Assembly: GCF_009914755.1 (NCBI RefSeq)
Contig: NC_060927.1
DNA: 64,000 nt
Direction: 5' to 3' (one strand)
Source of the DNA: the human T2T-CHM13v2.0 reference genome, Homo sapiens
Numbering within the stretch: position 1 is the first letter of the stretch; each line of letters begins with the position of its first letter. The position numbers and the translations under genes were made by a program. Below, piece after piece: positions 17,012-33,784 of the stretch. A model generated the notes under the pieces. The model was not told the origin of the DNA, ran no database searches, and saw only the letters and a program-made list of their open reading frames with translations.

Positions 17012-17459
17012 TTTTTTTTTTTTTTTTTTTTTTTTTTTGAGACGGAGTCTTGCTCTTGTCGTCCAGGCTAGAATACAATGGCATGATCTCGGCTCACTGC
17101 CCCTTAAAAAAAAAAAATTTTCATAAAACCAATACTTTGGACCTTTTGGTTGTATTTCCCTATCCTTTTTTTTGAGACGGAGTCTTGCTCTTGTCGTCTA
17201 GGCTGGAGTACAATGGCATGATCTTGGCTCACTGCAACCTCTGCCTCCTGGGTTCAAGCCTCAGCCTTAAGATTCTCCTGCCTCAGCCTCCTGAGTAGCT
17301 GGGATTACAGGCGCCCACCACCACGCCCGGCTAAGTTTTGTATTTTTAGTAGAGATGGGGTTTCACCATGTTGGCCAGGCTGGTCTCGAACTCCTGACCT
17401 CGTGATCCTCCTTCCTTGGGCTCCCAAAGGATTACAGGTGTGAGCCACTGTGCCCAGCC
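17012..17459 (-). mobile_element. AluS with a tandemly duplicated 3' end
   Basis: Partial copy at 17012-17100 followed by a full copy at ~17166-17459; TSD tatcatc. Confidence 0.9.
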
Positions 17460-18220
17460 TATCATCATTTTTTAAGCAGTTCCAGATATTATATGGATTT
17501 TGAATGGAGGTTTGTGGTAAGAGGTAGAAAATAAGTAGTGAGTTAGAGGATATTCACAAATAGTGTAAGAGGTTGAAAACAGCAGAGGGAGAACATCCAA
17601 AACAGAAAAAACAGGCTGAATAGTTTTCTGTGATGAAAGAGAAAGCTGCTGATATAAAGCAGTTTATGGGGAAAGTTTGTTGTAAAAAGCTTTAACTCTG
17701 TCATTTGCCTTGTTCTATTAATCAGAAAAACTAAGGAGAATTTTGGTTCTAATAAATGCATCTGAAATATAGTGCATATTATAATAGAATTAACTTTTTG
17801 TAAAAGCAGAGACAGGTACGTGAAAGGGAAGAGGAATGTGTACATTTTTTTAAATATGTAAAGTATGTGGGGGCAGGGAGTCCATGGGATATTTCTGTTC
17901 CTTAGTTTTTCTGTGAACCTGTACCTGCTCCAGAAAAAACAGTCTTAAAAAATGAGACATAAAAGAGAATAACCTTGATGGAATATTTTACACAAAGATA
18001 AATTTTTTAAAATCCAGACAAATCACTCTGAAATGATTTTTTAATTATTTTTGAAAATATAAATTGTTTGAAGTTTTATTTTTTCTTATTAAATTAGCAA
18101 ACAAGTTATCTTGATACTCTTTGGAATATATGTTATTTGTGTTGCTTCAAATGCTGTCTTGCTTAACTATAGTAAGTGCTTTACAGTTAATACAGAAAGT
18201 GAATCTTTCTAATTTTCTAG

Positions 18221-18370
<150 letters not shown>

Positions 18371-18409
18371 TAGAGATTGTTTTAATAACTATCTCAGTCA
18401 TGCATTTTA

Positions 18410-19129
18410 ATTTAGATTTTCATTGACTCCTAATAGCATAGATGTGAGTTTTGCCTGCTTTTGTTCTTTATATAAATGGAATCATATGTGTATTCTTTAG
18501 TCTGTCTTCTTTTGCTCGATATTTTTGAGCAAACACCTATTGTAGATGTTTCTCATTGTCCTATAATAGTTAATATTCCATTTTATGAGTGTATCAAAAT
18601 GGAATATTGGGTGGAGCAGATTTGGATATTACAATTGTGATGCTGTCAGTGTTCCCCATGTCTTTTGGTGAACATATGTATACGTTCTGATAGGTTATAC
18701 TTAAAACTGGAACTGCTGTGTCATAGGGTCTGCATATATTCAGCCCTAGTAGATAACAGCCAAATAGGTTTCCAGAGGGGTTTTACCAAATTACACTCTT
18801 ACCAGCAATGTCTGAGAATTCTGGTTGTTTCACATCCTTACCAGCTCTTGATATTATTAGCCTTTTGCATATAGCCATTCTGGTGGGTGGGTAGTGATAC
18901 CTTCCCTGATGATTGATGAAGTTGAGCACTTTTCAATGTTTATTGGGCATTAATGGGATATGCTCTATTTGGAAATATACAGATATTTTCCCTATATTCT
19001 ATGGGATTCTTTTTCTTCTCAGTCTACAATAATTAATCATATAATCTGTATACAAGTTCTTGGTTGTATGTGTGTATGTATATCTATATATATAAAATCA
19101 TTTATTACTTTAGAAGTTGCCTTTTCACC
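18410..19129 (-). mobile_element. L1ME-like fragment (left half; resumes at ~28884-29290)
   Basis: Antisense L1ME motifs ending gttgccttttcacc; continues after the insertion as ccttttcaccctcttaa...tagtccaat. Confidence 0.75.
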
Positions 19130-20524
19130 TTTTGTATTTTGTTTTAATTTTTATTTTTAAATTATAAATTGAAAACTATAGTTTATTTATGGGGTACAGT
19201 GTGATGTTTTGATTTATGAATATGATATGGAATAATTAAATCAAGCTAATTAACATATCTGTCACCTAAGATACTATCTTTTTTTGTGGCAAGAATATTT
19301 GAAATTTACTCTTAGCAATTATGAAATGTGCATTATTATTTGCCATAGTCACCACTCCATACAATAGATATCAAAGAAAAAAAAACTTTTTCTTCCTGTT
19401 TAATTGAGGTTTTGTACTATTTGACCATCATCTCCCCATTCCCCTAACCACCCTCCACCCCTGTCCTCTGGTAACTACTGTTCTACTCTCTGCTTCTTTG
19501 AGTTTTAGATTCCATATGTAAATGAGAACATATATGGCATTTGTCTTTCTGTACTTGGCTTATTTCAGTTAGCATGTTCTCCAGTCTATCTGTGTTATGG
19601 TGACAAAACTTCTTTCTTTTTATAAGGCTGAATAGTATTTCATTGTGTATATATACCACATTTGCTTAATCCATTCATCCATTGATGGACACTTAGGTTG
19701 ATTCCATACCTTGGCTATTGTGAATAGTGCTGCAATGAACATAGACGTGCAGACATCTCTTCAACATACTGATTTCAAATCTTTTGGGTAAATACACAGA
19801 AGTGAGATTGCTGGATCATATGGTAATTCTATTTTTAGTTTTTTGAGGAATGACCATACAGTTTTCTATAATGGCTATACTAATTTACATTGCCACCAAC
19901 AGTATACAAAGATTCCCTTTTCTGCACATCTTCACCAGCACTTGTTATTGTTTGTCTTTTTGATAATAGCCATTCTGACAGATGTCAGGTAATATCTCAC
20001 TGAGGTTTATAATTTGCATTTCTCTGATTCATGATGTTGAGCCTTTTTTCGTACATTTGCCATTTATATGTCTTCTTTTGAGGAATGTTTGTTCAGCTCT
20101 CTTGCCCTTTTTTTTGAGGCAGAGTCTTGCTCTGTTGCCCAGGCTGGAGTACAGTGGCACGATCTTGGCTCACTGCAGCCTCCACCTCCTGGTTCAAGCG
20201 ATTCTTCTGCCTCCACCTCCTTAGTAGCTGGGACTACAGGCCTGTGCCACCAAGCCCGGCTAATTTTTGTATTTTTAGTAGAGACACAGTTTCACCATGT
20301 TGGCCAGGATGGTCCCCATCTCCTGACCTCATAATCTGCCTGCCTCGGCCTCCCAAAGTGCTGGGATGACAGGCATGAGCCACTGCACGCAGCCTCCGTT
20401 GCCCATTTTTAAATTGGATTACTTGTATTCTTTCTATAAAGTTATTTGAATTCTTTATATATTTTGGATACTAACCCCTTATCAAATGTATGGCTTGCAA
20501 ATATTTCTCCCAACCTATAGGTTG
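19130..20524 (-). mobile_element. L1MA 3' end (about 1.1 kb) with nested Alu 20108-20394
   Basis: T-rich tail, then atttatggggtacagtgtgatgttttgat...aaatcaagctaattaacatatc, typical of the L1MA 3'UTR. Confidence 0.85.
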
Positions 20525-20796
20525 TCAAAACTCAATCTTAAACAAACCAACAACTATCCTCTAATGAGGGACTTACCACCAGATTGTGCCCAGATAAGGC
20601 AAACACCTAGCTATAGCCATTCAAGTAATTTCTCTACTTTGTTTCCACATTCAGTCTATAAGAAATCCCACTGTTCACACTGTTGAAACAGAGCTCTCTG
20701 AACCTCTCTAGTTTGGGGTGCTTCCTCATTCGTGAATCTTTTAATGCTCAAATAAACTCTATTAAATTTATTTTTTCTGAAGTTTTTCTTTTAACA
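20525..20796 (+). mobile_element. ERV1-class LTR 3' fragment
   Basis: cccagataaggcaaacac...ctataag...tgctcaaataaactctattaaattt...cttttaaca (poly(A) signal and CA end). Confidence 0.65.
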
Positions 20797-21502
20797 GAAG
20801 TCAAAACAAAGTTAGCAGGGATACACTGAAGCCTTTCTGTGATAAGGCTTAAAAGGTTAGTTACATGGTGGTAAAAGGCTATATTCTAGAAGACCTCTGC
20901 TAAAATAAGAACTCTCTAATATAGCAAGAGCCAGAGTTTCTTACATCTTCTTTTTGTTTTCAATCTCTTTTCCTCTTTACACTATATTCTCTACTCCGCA
21001 TTCAGAATTATCTTCCTAAAATATGGAATTAATCTGGTCAATAATAAAAAAGTCTCCCTTCCGTATACAAAATAAATTCAAATTATTTAGTTTGGCATTC
21101 ATCAACTTACAATCACTTGTCAGTGTATTTGTCAAATTTCACTTCCCACTGATGTACCACCCCCCATGCTCCAATCACACCATCCTCTTCATCCTTTAAA
21201 ACCCAGCTCAAAGCCACAATAATATGTGGCAAGAAAAGACTATGCACTAAGACCACTAAGATAAGTAAGATAGGTCCCAGCTATCAAGAATCCCATTTGG
21301 CAGAGAGACACACAAGCAAACAAATCAATGTTATTTAATATAAAGGATGTGTTGTAAAATATGAGCAGAATATAGATAGGCAAATTATTAATTCAAACAA
21401 GATCAGAAGAAGCTTCATAGAAAAAATAAAAATATATTCATGAGTGACTTACCATATATGTCAGATTCTGTTTCAAGTGCTTTACGTATATTAACTGATT
21501 TA

Positions 21503-22385
<883 letters not shown>

Positions 22386-24300
22386 GCCTTTAATTCTTTT
22401 AAGTGAGAGATGACAGTTCTTATTTTGTACCTCCACTGGTAGGTTTTTTTTTAATTGCTCTTGATTCATAATATTTTACATATTTATGGGGTATATGTGA
22501 TATTTTGTTACATCTATGTGTGTGATATTTTGTACATCTATGCATGTGGCAAAATATCCCATACCCCATAAATACATAAAATTTATTATTATACATCCAT
22601 ACAGTTTACATGCATAGATGTAACAAAATACCACATATACCCCATAAATATGTAAAATATTGTGAATCAAGATCATAATGATCAATCAAGTCAGGGTATT
22701 TGGTGTATCCATCACCTTGAGTGTTTAACATTTCTATGAGTTGGGAACATTTCAAATTCTTCTAGCTACTTTGAAATACACAATACATTGTTGCTAACTA
22801 TAGTCATCCTACACTGCTATCAAACATTAGAACTTATACCTTCCAACTGTATGTTTATACTATTTGACCAACCACTCTTTTTCCCCCTCCTACCTACACA
22901 TTCTTCCCAGCCTCTGTTTCTATCATTCTACTGTCTACCTCAATGAAATCAACTTCTTTAGCTCCCACGTAAGAGTGAGAATATGGTATATGTGTCTTTG
23001 TGCCTCCTTGTTACCACTTAACATACTGACCTCCAGTTCATCCATATTGCTGCAGACTACATGATTTCATTCTTTTTTATGACCAAATAATATTCCATTG
23101 TGTATATATACCACATTTTCTTTATTCATTGATCTATTGATGGACTCTTGGGTTGATTCCATATCTTTGCTATTGTGAATAGTGCTGGAATAAACATGTG
23201 AGTACAGGTATCCCTTTAATTTACTAATTTTTTTTTCTTTGGATAAATACCCAGTAGTGGGATTGCTAAATCATATGGTAGTTTTACTTTTAGTTTTTTA
23301 AGAAATCTCCATACTGTTTTCCACAGAGGCTGCGCTAATTTACATTCCCACCAACAGTGTATAAAAGTTCTTTTTTCTCTGCATCCTCACCAACATTTGT
23401 TATTTTCTGTCTTCTTAGTGATAGGCACTCTAACTGGGGTAAGATGATACCTTACTGTGGTTTAGATTTGCATTTCCCTGATATGTAGTAATGTTGAGCA
23501 TTCTTTCATATACCTGTTAGCCATTTGTATGTCTTCTCTTGAGAAATGTCTGTTCATGTCCTTTGCCCACTTTTTAATGAGATTATTTGCTTTTTTTGCT
23601 GTTGAATTGTTTGAGTTCCTTGTATATTCTGGATATTAGTCCTTTGTCACATGAATAGTTTGCAAATATTTTCTTTCATTCAACAGGTTCTCTTCACTGT
23701 GTTTGCTGTGCAGAAGCTTTTTGGTTTAATATAGTCCCATTTGTCTTATTTTTTGTTTTGTTGCCTGTGCTTTTGCAGTTTTTGCCATAAAATCTTTGCC
23801 TAGACCAATGTCCTATAGTATCTCCCCTATGTTTTCTCCTATGGTTTTAGGTGTTAAGTTTTAATCCATCTTGAGTTGATTTTGTGTATGGTGAGAGATA
23901 GGGGTCCAGTTTCATTCTTCTGAATATGGATATCTTAATTTTCCCAGCACCACTTATTGAAGAGGGTCCTTTCCTTAATGTATGTTCTTGGCGCCTTTGT
24001 CAAAAATCATTTGGCTGTAAATAGGTAAATTTACTTCTGGATTCTCTGTTCTATTCCATTGGTCTATAGGTCTGTTTTTATATCAATACCATGCTTTTTT
24101 GTTTACTGTATCCTTATAATGTATTTTGAAGTGAGGTAGTTTAATGCCTCCAGCTTTGTTCTTTTTTTTTTTTTTTTTTTTTTCAGAATTGCTTGGCCTA
24201 TTCTGGCTCTTTTTTGGTTCCATGTGAATTTTAGGGTTGTTTTTCTATGTCTGTGAAAAATGACATTGGTATTTTAATAGAGATTACATTGAATCTGTAG

Positions 24301-24658
<358 letters not shown>

Positions 24659-25132
24659 TAAGCTTGGGATGTCTTTCCATTTGTTTGTGTCCTCTTCAGT
24701 CTCTTTCATCAGTGCCTTGTGGTTTCCTTGTAGAGATCTTTTACCTCATTGGGTAAATTTATTCCTAAGTATTTTTTTGTAACTTTTATAAATGGGAATA
24801 CCTTCTTGATTTCTCTCTCAGCTAGTTCATTATTGGTGTATAGAAACACTATTAATTTTTGTGTTTTGATTTTGTATCCTGCAACTTTACTGATTTATTC
24901 ATCACATCTAAGAGTTTTCTGGTGTATTCTTTGGTTATTTTTAAATATAAAATCATATAATTAGCAAAGAGTGACAATTTGACTTCTCCAACTTGGATGC
25001 CTTTTATTTCTTTCTCTTGCCTGCTTGCTCTGGCCAGGACTTCTGGTACTATGTTGAATAGGAGTGGTGAAAGTAGGCATCCTTGTCTTGGTCATTCAGT
25101 ATGATGTTAGCTGCAGGTTTGCCTTATATGGC

Positions 25133-25553
25133 TGATAGAGTTTGGATATTTGTCCCTGCCCATATCTCACATTGAACTGTAATCTGCAATCCTAAAGGTG
25201 GGGCCTGGTGGAAGGTGTTTGGGTGATGGGGGTGGATCCTTCATGGCATGGTGCTTTTTTCACTATAGTGAGTGAGTTCTCATGAGATCTGGTCATATAA
25301 AAGTGTGTGGCACCTTCCGCTCCACTCTCTCTTGCTCTCTTGTTCCTGCTTTCACCATGTGATGTGCCTGCTCCACCTTCACCTTCTGCCATGATTGTAA
25401 ACTTCCTCAGGCCTCCCTAGAAGCTGAGCAGATGCCAGCACCATGCTTCCTGTAAAGCCTGCAGAACCATGGGCCAATTAAACATCTTTTCTTTGTAAAT
25501 TACCCAGTCTCAGATATTTCTTTATAGCAATGCAAGAATGACCTAATAATACA
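25133..25553 (+). mobile_element. MST (MSTA/B) MaLR solo LTR nested in L1MA
   Basis: tgatagagtttgg...taataca termini; perfect 5-bp TSD atggc. Confidence 0.9.
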
Positions 25554-27786
25554 ATGGCCTTTACTATATTGAGGTGTATTCCTCCTTTGCCTAGTTTATT
25601 GAGATTTTTATCATGAAGGGATATTGAATTTTATTAAATGCTTTGTCTGCATTTATTGAGATGATCATATGGTTTTTGTCCTTCATTCTGTTAATGTGAT
25701 ATATCATGTTTATTTATTTGTGTGTGTTGTACCAAACTTACATTCCTAGAATAAATCCCACTTGATCATGATGTATTTTTTTTATGTGCTGCTAGATTCG
25801 GTTTGCTAATATTTTGTTGAGAATTTTTGAGTCTGAGTTTATCAGGGGTATTGACCTATAGTTTTTACTGTTGTTGTAGCCTTGTCTGGTTTTGTTATCA
25901 GGGTAATGCTGGCATCACAGAATGAGTTAGGGACAATTCCTTTCTCTTCCATTTTTTGGAATAGTTTGAGGAAAATTGGTATTAGTTCTTCTTCGAAAGT
26001 TTGGAATTCAGCAATGAAGTCATCTGGTCCTGATGCAATCTCATTACTTGTTTTTGGTCTGTTCAAGTTTTCTGTTTCTTCCTAATTCAATCTCAGTAGG
26101 CTGTATGTGTCCAGGAATTTATTCCATTTCCTCTAGATTTTCTACTTTTTCATGTATAGTTAGTTGTTCATAATCGTCTCTGATGATCTTTTTATATTTT
26201 CATAGTATCCATTGTAAAGTCTGCTTTTTCATTTCAGATTTTATTTGGGTCTTTTCTTTTTCTTGGTTAGTTTAGCTAGCAGTTTATCAATTTTGTTTAT
26301 CATTTTGAGAAACCAACTTTTCATTGTGTTGATCCTCCTTTTTTTTTTTTGTCTCTATTTTTTTCAGCCCCACTCTGATCTTATTTCTTTCCTTCTACTA
26401 GTTTTGGGTTTGGTTTCTTCTTGCTTTCCTAGTTTCTTGAGATGCATTGTTAGAGTGATTATTTGAAATCTTTCTACTTTTTTAACATAGGCATTTAATG
26501 CTATAAACTTCCCTTTTAGAATAGTTGTTGCTATATCGCATATATTTTGGTATTTTGTTTTCTCATTTGCTTCAAGAAATTTTTGCATTTTCTTCTTAAT
26601 TTCTTTCTTGACCCGATGGTCATTCAGGAGCAGGTTGTTTAGTTTCCATGTATTTGCATAGTTTCCAGAGTTCCTCATGTTATTGATTTCTAGTTCTATT
26701 TTATTGTATCTGAGAAGATACTTGATATGATTTTGATTTTTTAAATTGCTGGTTCGTTTTGTATTCTAACATATGGTCTAAAAAATGTTCCATGTGCTGA
26801 TGAGAAGAATGTGTGTTCTGTAGCTGTTGGATGAAATGTTCTGTAAATGTCTGTTAGGTCCTTTGATTTAATGTGCAGTTTAAAACTAATGTTTGTTTGT
26901 TAATTTTCTGTCTAGATGTTCTGTCTAATGCTGAGAGTAGGGTGTTTAAATCTCCAACTATTATTGTATTGGAGTCTGTCCCTCCCTTTAGATGTAATAA
27001 TATATGCTTTATGTGTCTTGGTGCTGCATTGATAGATGCATGTGTTTTAAGTTGTTATATCCTGTTGCTGAATTGATCCATTTGTCTTTAAATAATGACT
27101 TTATCTTTTTTGTTATTTTTTTACTTAAAGTCTGTTTTATCTGATAAGTATAGCTGCTCCTGCTTGCTTTTGGCTTTTGTTTGCATGGAATATCTTTTTC
27201 CATCCCTTTACTTTCAATCTATATGTGTCTTTACAGGTGAGATGAGTTTCTGGTAAGTAGCATATCATTGGATCATGTTTGTTTAATCCATTTAGCCAAT
27301 CTATATCTTTTAAGTGGAAAGTTTAACTCCTTTACATTCAAGGTTATTATTGATGTGTGAGGGCTTATTCCTGTCATCTTATTAATTGATAACTGGTTGT
27401 TTTGTATATCCTTTGTTCCTTTCTTTCTCTCTTATTGCCTATCTGTAGTGCTAACATTTGATTCTTTTCTCTTTCTTGTTTGTATGCTCTGCTTTATCAG
27501 TAGTGTTTATATTTACATCATGGTAGATATCATTCTTTTCACTTCTAGGTGTAGGATTCCCTTAAGTATTTCTTGTAGGGCTGGTGTAGTGGTGATGAAC
27601 TCCCTCAGCTTTTGCTTGTCTGGGAAAGACTTTATTTCTCTTTATTTATGAAGGCAAACTTTGCTGAGTATAATATCCATATTTTCTTTTAGCACACTTT
27701 AGATACTTCATCCTATTCTCTCCTGGTCTGTAAGGTTTCTGCTGAGAAATCCACTGTTAGTCTGATGGAGATTTCTTTATAAGTGA

Positions 27787-28170
<384 letters not shown>

Positions 28171-29487
28171 TGTTCTTCTTTTTCAAAAGTTATTTTAGCA
28201 GCCCACAGCAGTGATGGTTGCAAATAGTAGAATTTGTCCTTCTGGCGTGTGAAAATGTGTAGCCATCTTTCTGGTTCTGGTGGGGGCGCTGAGTCACTGC
28301 CATTGGCTCCCACCTTAGCCCTGGCAGCAGCAGCTGCAGGCCAGGAATGTCAGTGGGGCTCCAGGGATTTTCCACTGGGCCCCAGGGCAGGGTTACAATC
28401 TGTGGGGGCTGGGCTCCCAAAATGGCACCAGGGTGTTGTTAATTAGCAGCTTTTTTAGCAGCTACTTAGGACTGAGGAGTTTGTGGGACTGAGCATGAGC
28501 TCTTCCTCTCTGGAGCAGTGCTTTTCCAGGCAACCCCCTACATTAGTCTCAGGACCCACAAGGGCCAAGGGACTCTGTCATGGCTAGGATTATAGGAGTC
28601 TGCAGCCGGAGTGTGGACCACTGGGGGTCTCTCATTTACACTTTCCCTGTATTAGGGAGCCTCTCTAACTCCACTAGTAGGTTTTAACCCTGATGAGATT
28701 CTTTCTCTGTATAAGACAAGCAAACTAAGCAAATGCATTTTCTTCTACTTTCTAGCAAAATCCCACTGAACTGCATTCATCCATTTGGCTCACCATGCCA
28801 TCACTTCTCCACTGAAGTGGCTGGTCCAAGGCCAGGTCTTCAGGCATTTAATACCCACTGCAATGCTATGGTAGTCAGAAACCCCTTTTCACCCTCTTAA
28901 AAGTATCTTTTGAGAAATAGAATTTCTTCATTTTTATAGTCCAATATTTCATTTTCTTTTGTAATATTGACTTTTTGCATCCTGTTGAAGATCTTTGCCA
29001 AGATCATGAAAATGTTCTATGTTTTTCCTTTAAAAGTTTGTTTTACCTTTTGCAGAATCAAATCAGCTAGAATTGATTTTTGTTTATGATATAAGAAGAG
29101 AATCAAGATACAATTTTTTCCCATGTGGATCTTCAGGTGACACATTACCATTTATCAAAAAGACCATCTTTTCCCCGCTACACTACAGTGATACCATGTT
29201 ATAAATCAGCTGACTGTATATAAGTGGGTCTGTTTCTGGGATCTCTGTTCTAATACATTGGTCAATGTGTTTATCCTTGCACCAGCAAATGGTTATTTAA
29301 AAAATAACATAAGATTTTTGTAATGAATTCAATATGTACTTCAAATCTGTGAGTTAACCAAACATCAGCTTCTTTATTCCAATCCTTTGAGATCATTTAA
29401 AAATTTCAATATAAGCAAAAAGATAGGATTGAAATGTGTATAGTTCTTACAGAATATTTAAAAAAGGTAGTTTTACATTTTTCGTGA

Positions 29488-29580
<93 letters not shown>

Positions 29581-31129
29581 TAGTATGAAGCTATTAATGT
29601 GTTGTTTGAAAATAGTTTAAAAGTAAATTCAATAATTTGTAAGTTTGAAAACTGAATGCCTTACCCAAGAGTAGCTCTGTTGGCCTAAGAAAGGATTGAA
29701 AATAAATGAGATATTTTGGTTAATAAAAAAATGATAATCTACCTAACACTGTCATTCCCTTACACATTAATGTTTTCATGACTTACAAATTTTATTTATA
29801 AGTGTAAGATGGAGAAAATGGTATTGTTAATTAGTCTTTAACTCTATCTAAAGGGATTTTTCAGAAGCTGACTCTTTCCTACTTCTTCATCCTTCTTCTC
29901 TTTTTACATTTACCTCTTGTAGCCAGTGTACCATCCAGTAAGTTCTGTGCAGTTCCCTATACATGCCAGGCTGTGTTCAAACTTCAAGGCTACTATTACC
30001 ACTTCTCTCTGTCAGAGATGCCTCTGGTTCCATCCCATTTCCTCATGGCAAAGGAAAGGCTATTCGGCCTTCAGGGCTAGGTCGTAGGAAATAGGATTAC
30101 CTCCTCTATTAGGCCCTTATCTGATTCCACAACCCCATCCCATTCTTTGCGACCTTCTCCCCATACTAATAGTGAGCTGCAAGAAGATAGACACCATGCT
30201 TAATTTATTTATATTTGTCACCCTGACACAACCACCAAAGCCACATAGTAGATGTGGTAATAGAGCACTTTCACTTCATATATTTCTGCTTGAGATCTCA
30301 TTCTGCTAAAAAAAAAGTCTCTGACAGGTTTATTGTTTTGTTTTGCTGGTAATATCATTCTCCCCAAGGATTAAAGGAAACACCTAATGGAATTGCTAGT
30401 CTGAACTTAATATAACTATAACAAAGAAGTAGTAGTTAAGGTGAAGTAATAGATACCTATATGGGAGTATACTTGTGACCTGAGGGATTTTGATAGCCAA
30501 GGAGGAGGAACTATATAGGTTAGATATGGATGAACTTTTAAATTCCAGAAATAATTCCATAACATGAGATGTGGAAGGAAAAAGGATGTCATGAAAAGGA
30601 TACAAAACTCCCAAAAATATAAGTCTGACTGTATAAAGATCCAATATGGCCACAGGAAAAATACTTCTGAATTTTGCTTTAAAACAATGAATGCAGAACA
30701 AAAATAAGCACCTGTAGCATAAATGTAGCACCTGTAGAATAAATGTAGAAAGTTGTCAAGAACCTGTGGAAATTTTTTGGTGTAAAAATAAAAACTTAGA
30801 TCAGTGGGAAATAATAGATAGCTCAGAATAGACCTGATACATATGAGGGGTTTAGTGTTTAGAAAGACCATAGGATTTGAGACAAGAGGAATCACTTTAA
30901 GAATGATAAGATAACTAGATAGCAACTTAAAGAGGCTCTGAATACCACTGGTATAAATAAGTTATGGATTTAGCTACTCAGGCTCTACAGAGAGGCCTCA
31001 GGAACCATTTTGGTGCACAAGAGGAAGAAGCTGAGTCAGTGGACTCCCCCACCCCCTGTTTAACCATAGTTTCTTGTTTATCTATTTTATATTTGAATTT
31101 CCACATAAAATTCTTTTGAGAAGTTTTTA

Positions 31130-32183
31130 AATTTTAAGTTTTTATTTAGAAATTTTAAATTTACAAAAATCTGTGAAAATGGAAATAATACAAACAAGAG
31201 GCATATCCTTTATCATTTTCATTTGTTCTCTCTCTCCTTCCTTCCATATATGTGTGTGTACACACACGTGTGCACATATGTGCATGGCCTTACACGCACA
31301 CACATTTTTCCCTGAACCACTTGAAGTTAAGTTGCACGCATCATGGCCCTTTACCACCAAATAGTTTAATGCATATTTCCGAAAAACAGGCTATCCTTTT
31401 ATATAACCATGGTACATTTATCCACATTAGTAAATTTAACATGAGTACAGTAGTTTTGTCTAATTTATTATTTATATTCAAATTTTGTCACTTGACCCAA
31501 TTATGGCCTTTTATAGCATTTTTCCCTCTAGTTTAGGATCCAGTCCAGGATCAGGTGTGCATTTAGTTGTCATGATTCTTTAGCCTCCTTTAATCTAGAA
31601 CATTTCCACCGTCTGTCTCGGACATTTTGGGAGTATGTATGTGATAAAAATATACATAAAATTTACCGTTTTAAACATTTTTAAGTGTACGATTCACTGG
31701 CATATTAAGTACATTCAATGTTGTGTAACCATCACCATTATCCATTCCCAGAACTTTCTCATTCCAAACAGAAATGCCGTACGCATTAAACAATAACTCC
31801 TCATTACCCTCATTCTCAGCCCTTGATAACCTCTAATCTACTTTCTGGCTCTATGAATTTGTCTATTCTAGGTATTTCATATAAGTAAAATTATACAATA
31901 TTTGTCCTTTTGTGTCTGGATTATTTCACTTAGCATAATGTCCTCAAGGTTTATCCATATTGTAACGTGTATCAGAATTTCCTTCCTTTTAAAGGCTGAA
32001 TAATATCCTGTTGTATGTACATACCACATTTTGTTTATATATTCATCTGTTGATGGACGCTTGGGTTGTTTTCTCCTTTTGGGTATTAGAGTAATGTTGC
32101 CATGAACTTTGACATACAAGTATCTACTTGAGTCCTTGCTTTCAGTTCTTTCGGGTATATACCTAAGAGTAAAACTATAGGTC
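31130..32183 (-). mobile_element. L1MC-like and L1MB-like 3' fragments
   Basis: ORF 31877..32119 resembles the L1 ORF2 C-terminus (KQPKRPSTDEYINKMWYVHT...INLEDIMLSEIIQTQKDKY). Confidence 0.8.
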
Positions 32184-32710
32184 CTGTTTTATCTGTTTTA
32201 TATTTGAATTTCCACATAAAATTTCCCTTTCCAGAAGTTTTATGGCCAAAAACATTTTAAAACAACTGCTATTTAGCATATACCAGAATGAATCAATGAA
32301 GTATAGCAATTAGCAATTCAGTAGAAAAAAGTCTTTTCTTTTAAATCAGATTTTTAGAAAGCTGACAATTTCTGTGGTTTAAAGTAATCAAAGGGAGTAT
32401 AAAAGATATAAATATGATCACATAAATTTGAACTAAAAAGCTATTATCTTCAATATTTTAGATTTACCACTGGTAATATACAAAACTATTCCAATATATA
32501 AGAATAATGAGTCCAATCAGCTATTTAGAAAGACATGAATATTGTTTCTTCTTGTGAAAATTAGAAACATTTCAAGAGGAAAATCCAGTGGTTAATGATT
32601 CACTAGAATTATGCATTCCTAACCAAAGAAAGGAGTAAAAATACCTGATTCTGGTGAGTAATTGGTAAAGTAGCGTTATGAATTGACAACCCTTTTTAAA
32701 AAGCAATGTA

Positions 32711-33019
<309 letters not shown>

Positions 33020-33097
33020 GACAATGCAGTAGTTTGTGTCAAAATGTATTAAAATGTTCAGACAGTTTCCACCCAACAGTTTAACAAGAAGGTATCA

Positions 33098-33428
<331 letters not shown>

Positions 33429-33449
33429 TAACAGTTTAAAAATAACTTA

Positions 33450-33784
<335 letters not shown>

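Noticed and set aside
30707-30746. 20-bp tandem duplication agcacctgtag(c/a)ataaatgt x2; similar small duplications near 10790, 13592 and 49235
   Set aside because: Ordinary slippage duplications with no spacers; not CRISPR-like.
30396-30925. 169-aa and 111-aa minus-strand ORFs
   Set aside because: Low-complexity L/F/I/Y composition from AT-rich DNA, with no recognisable motif or splice context.
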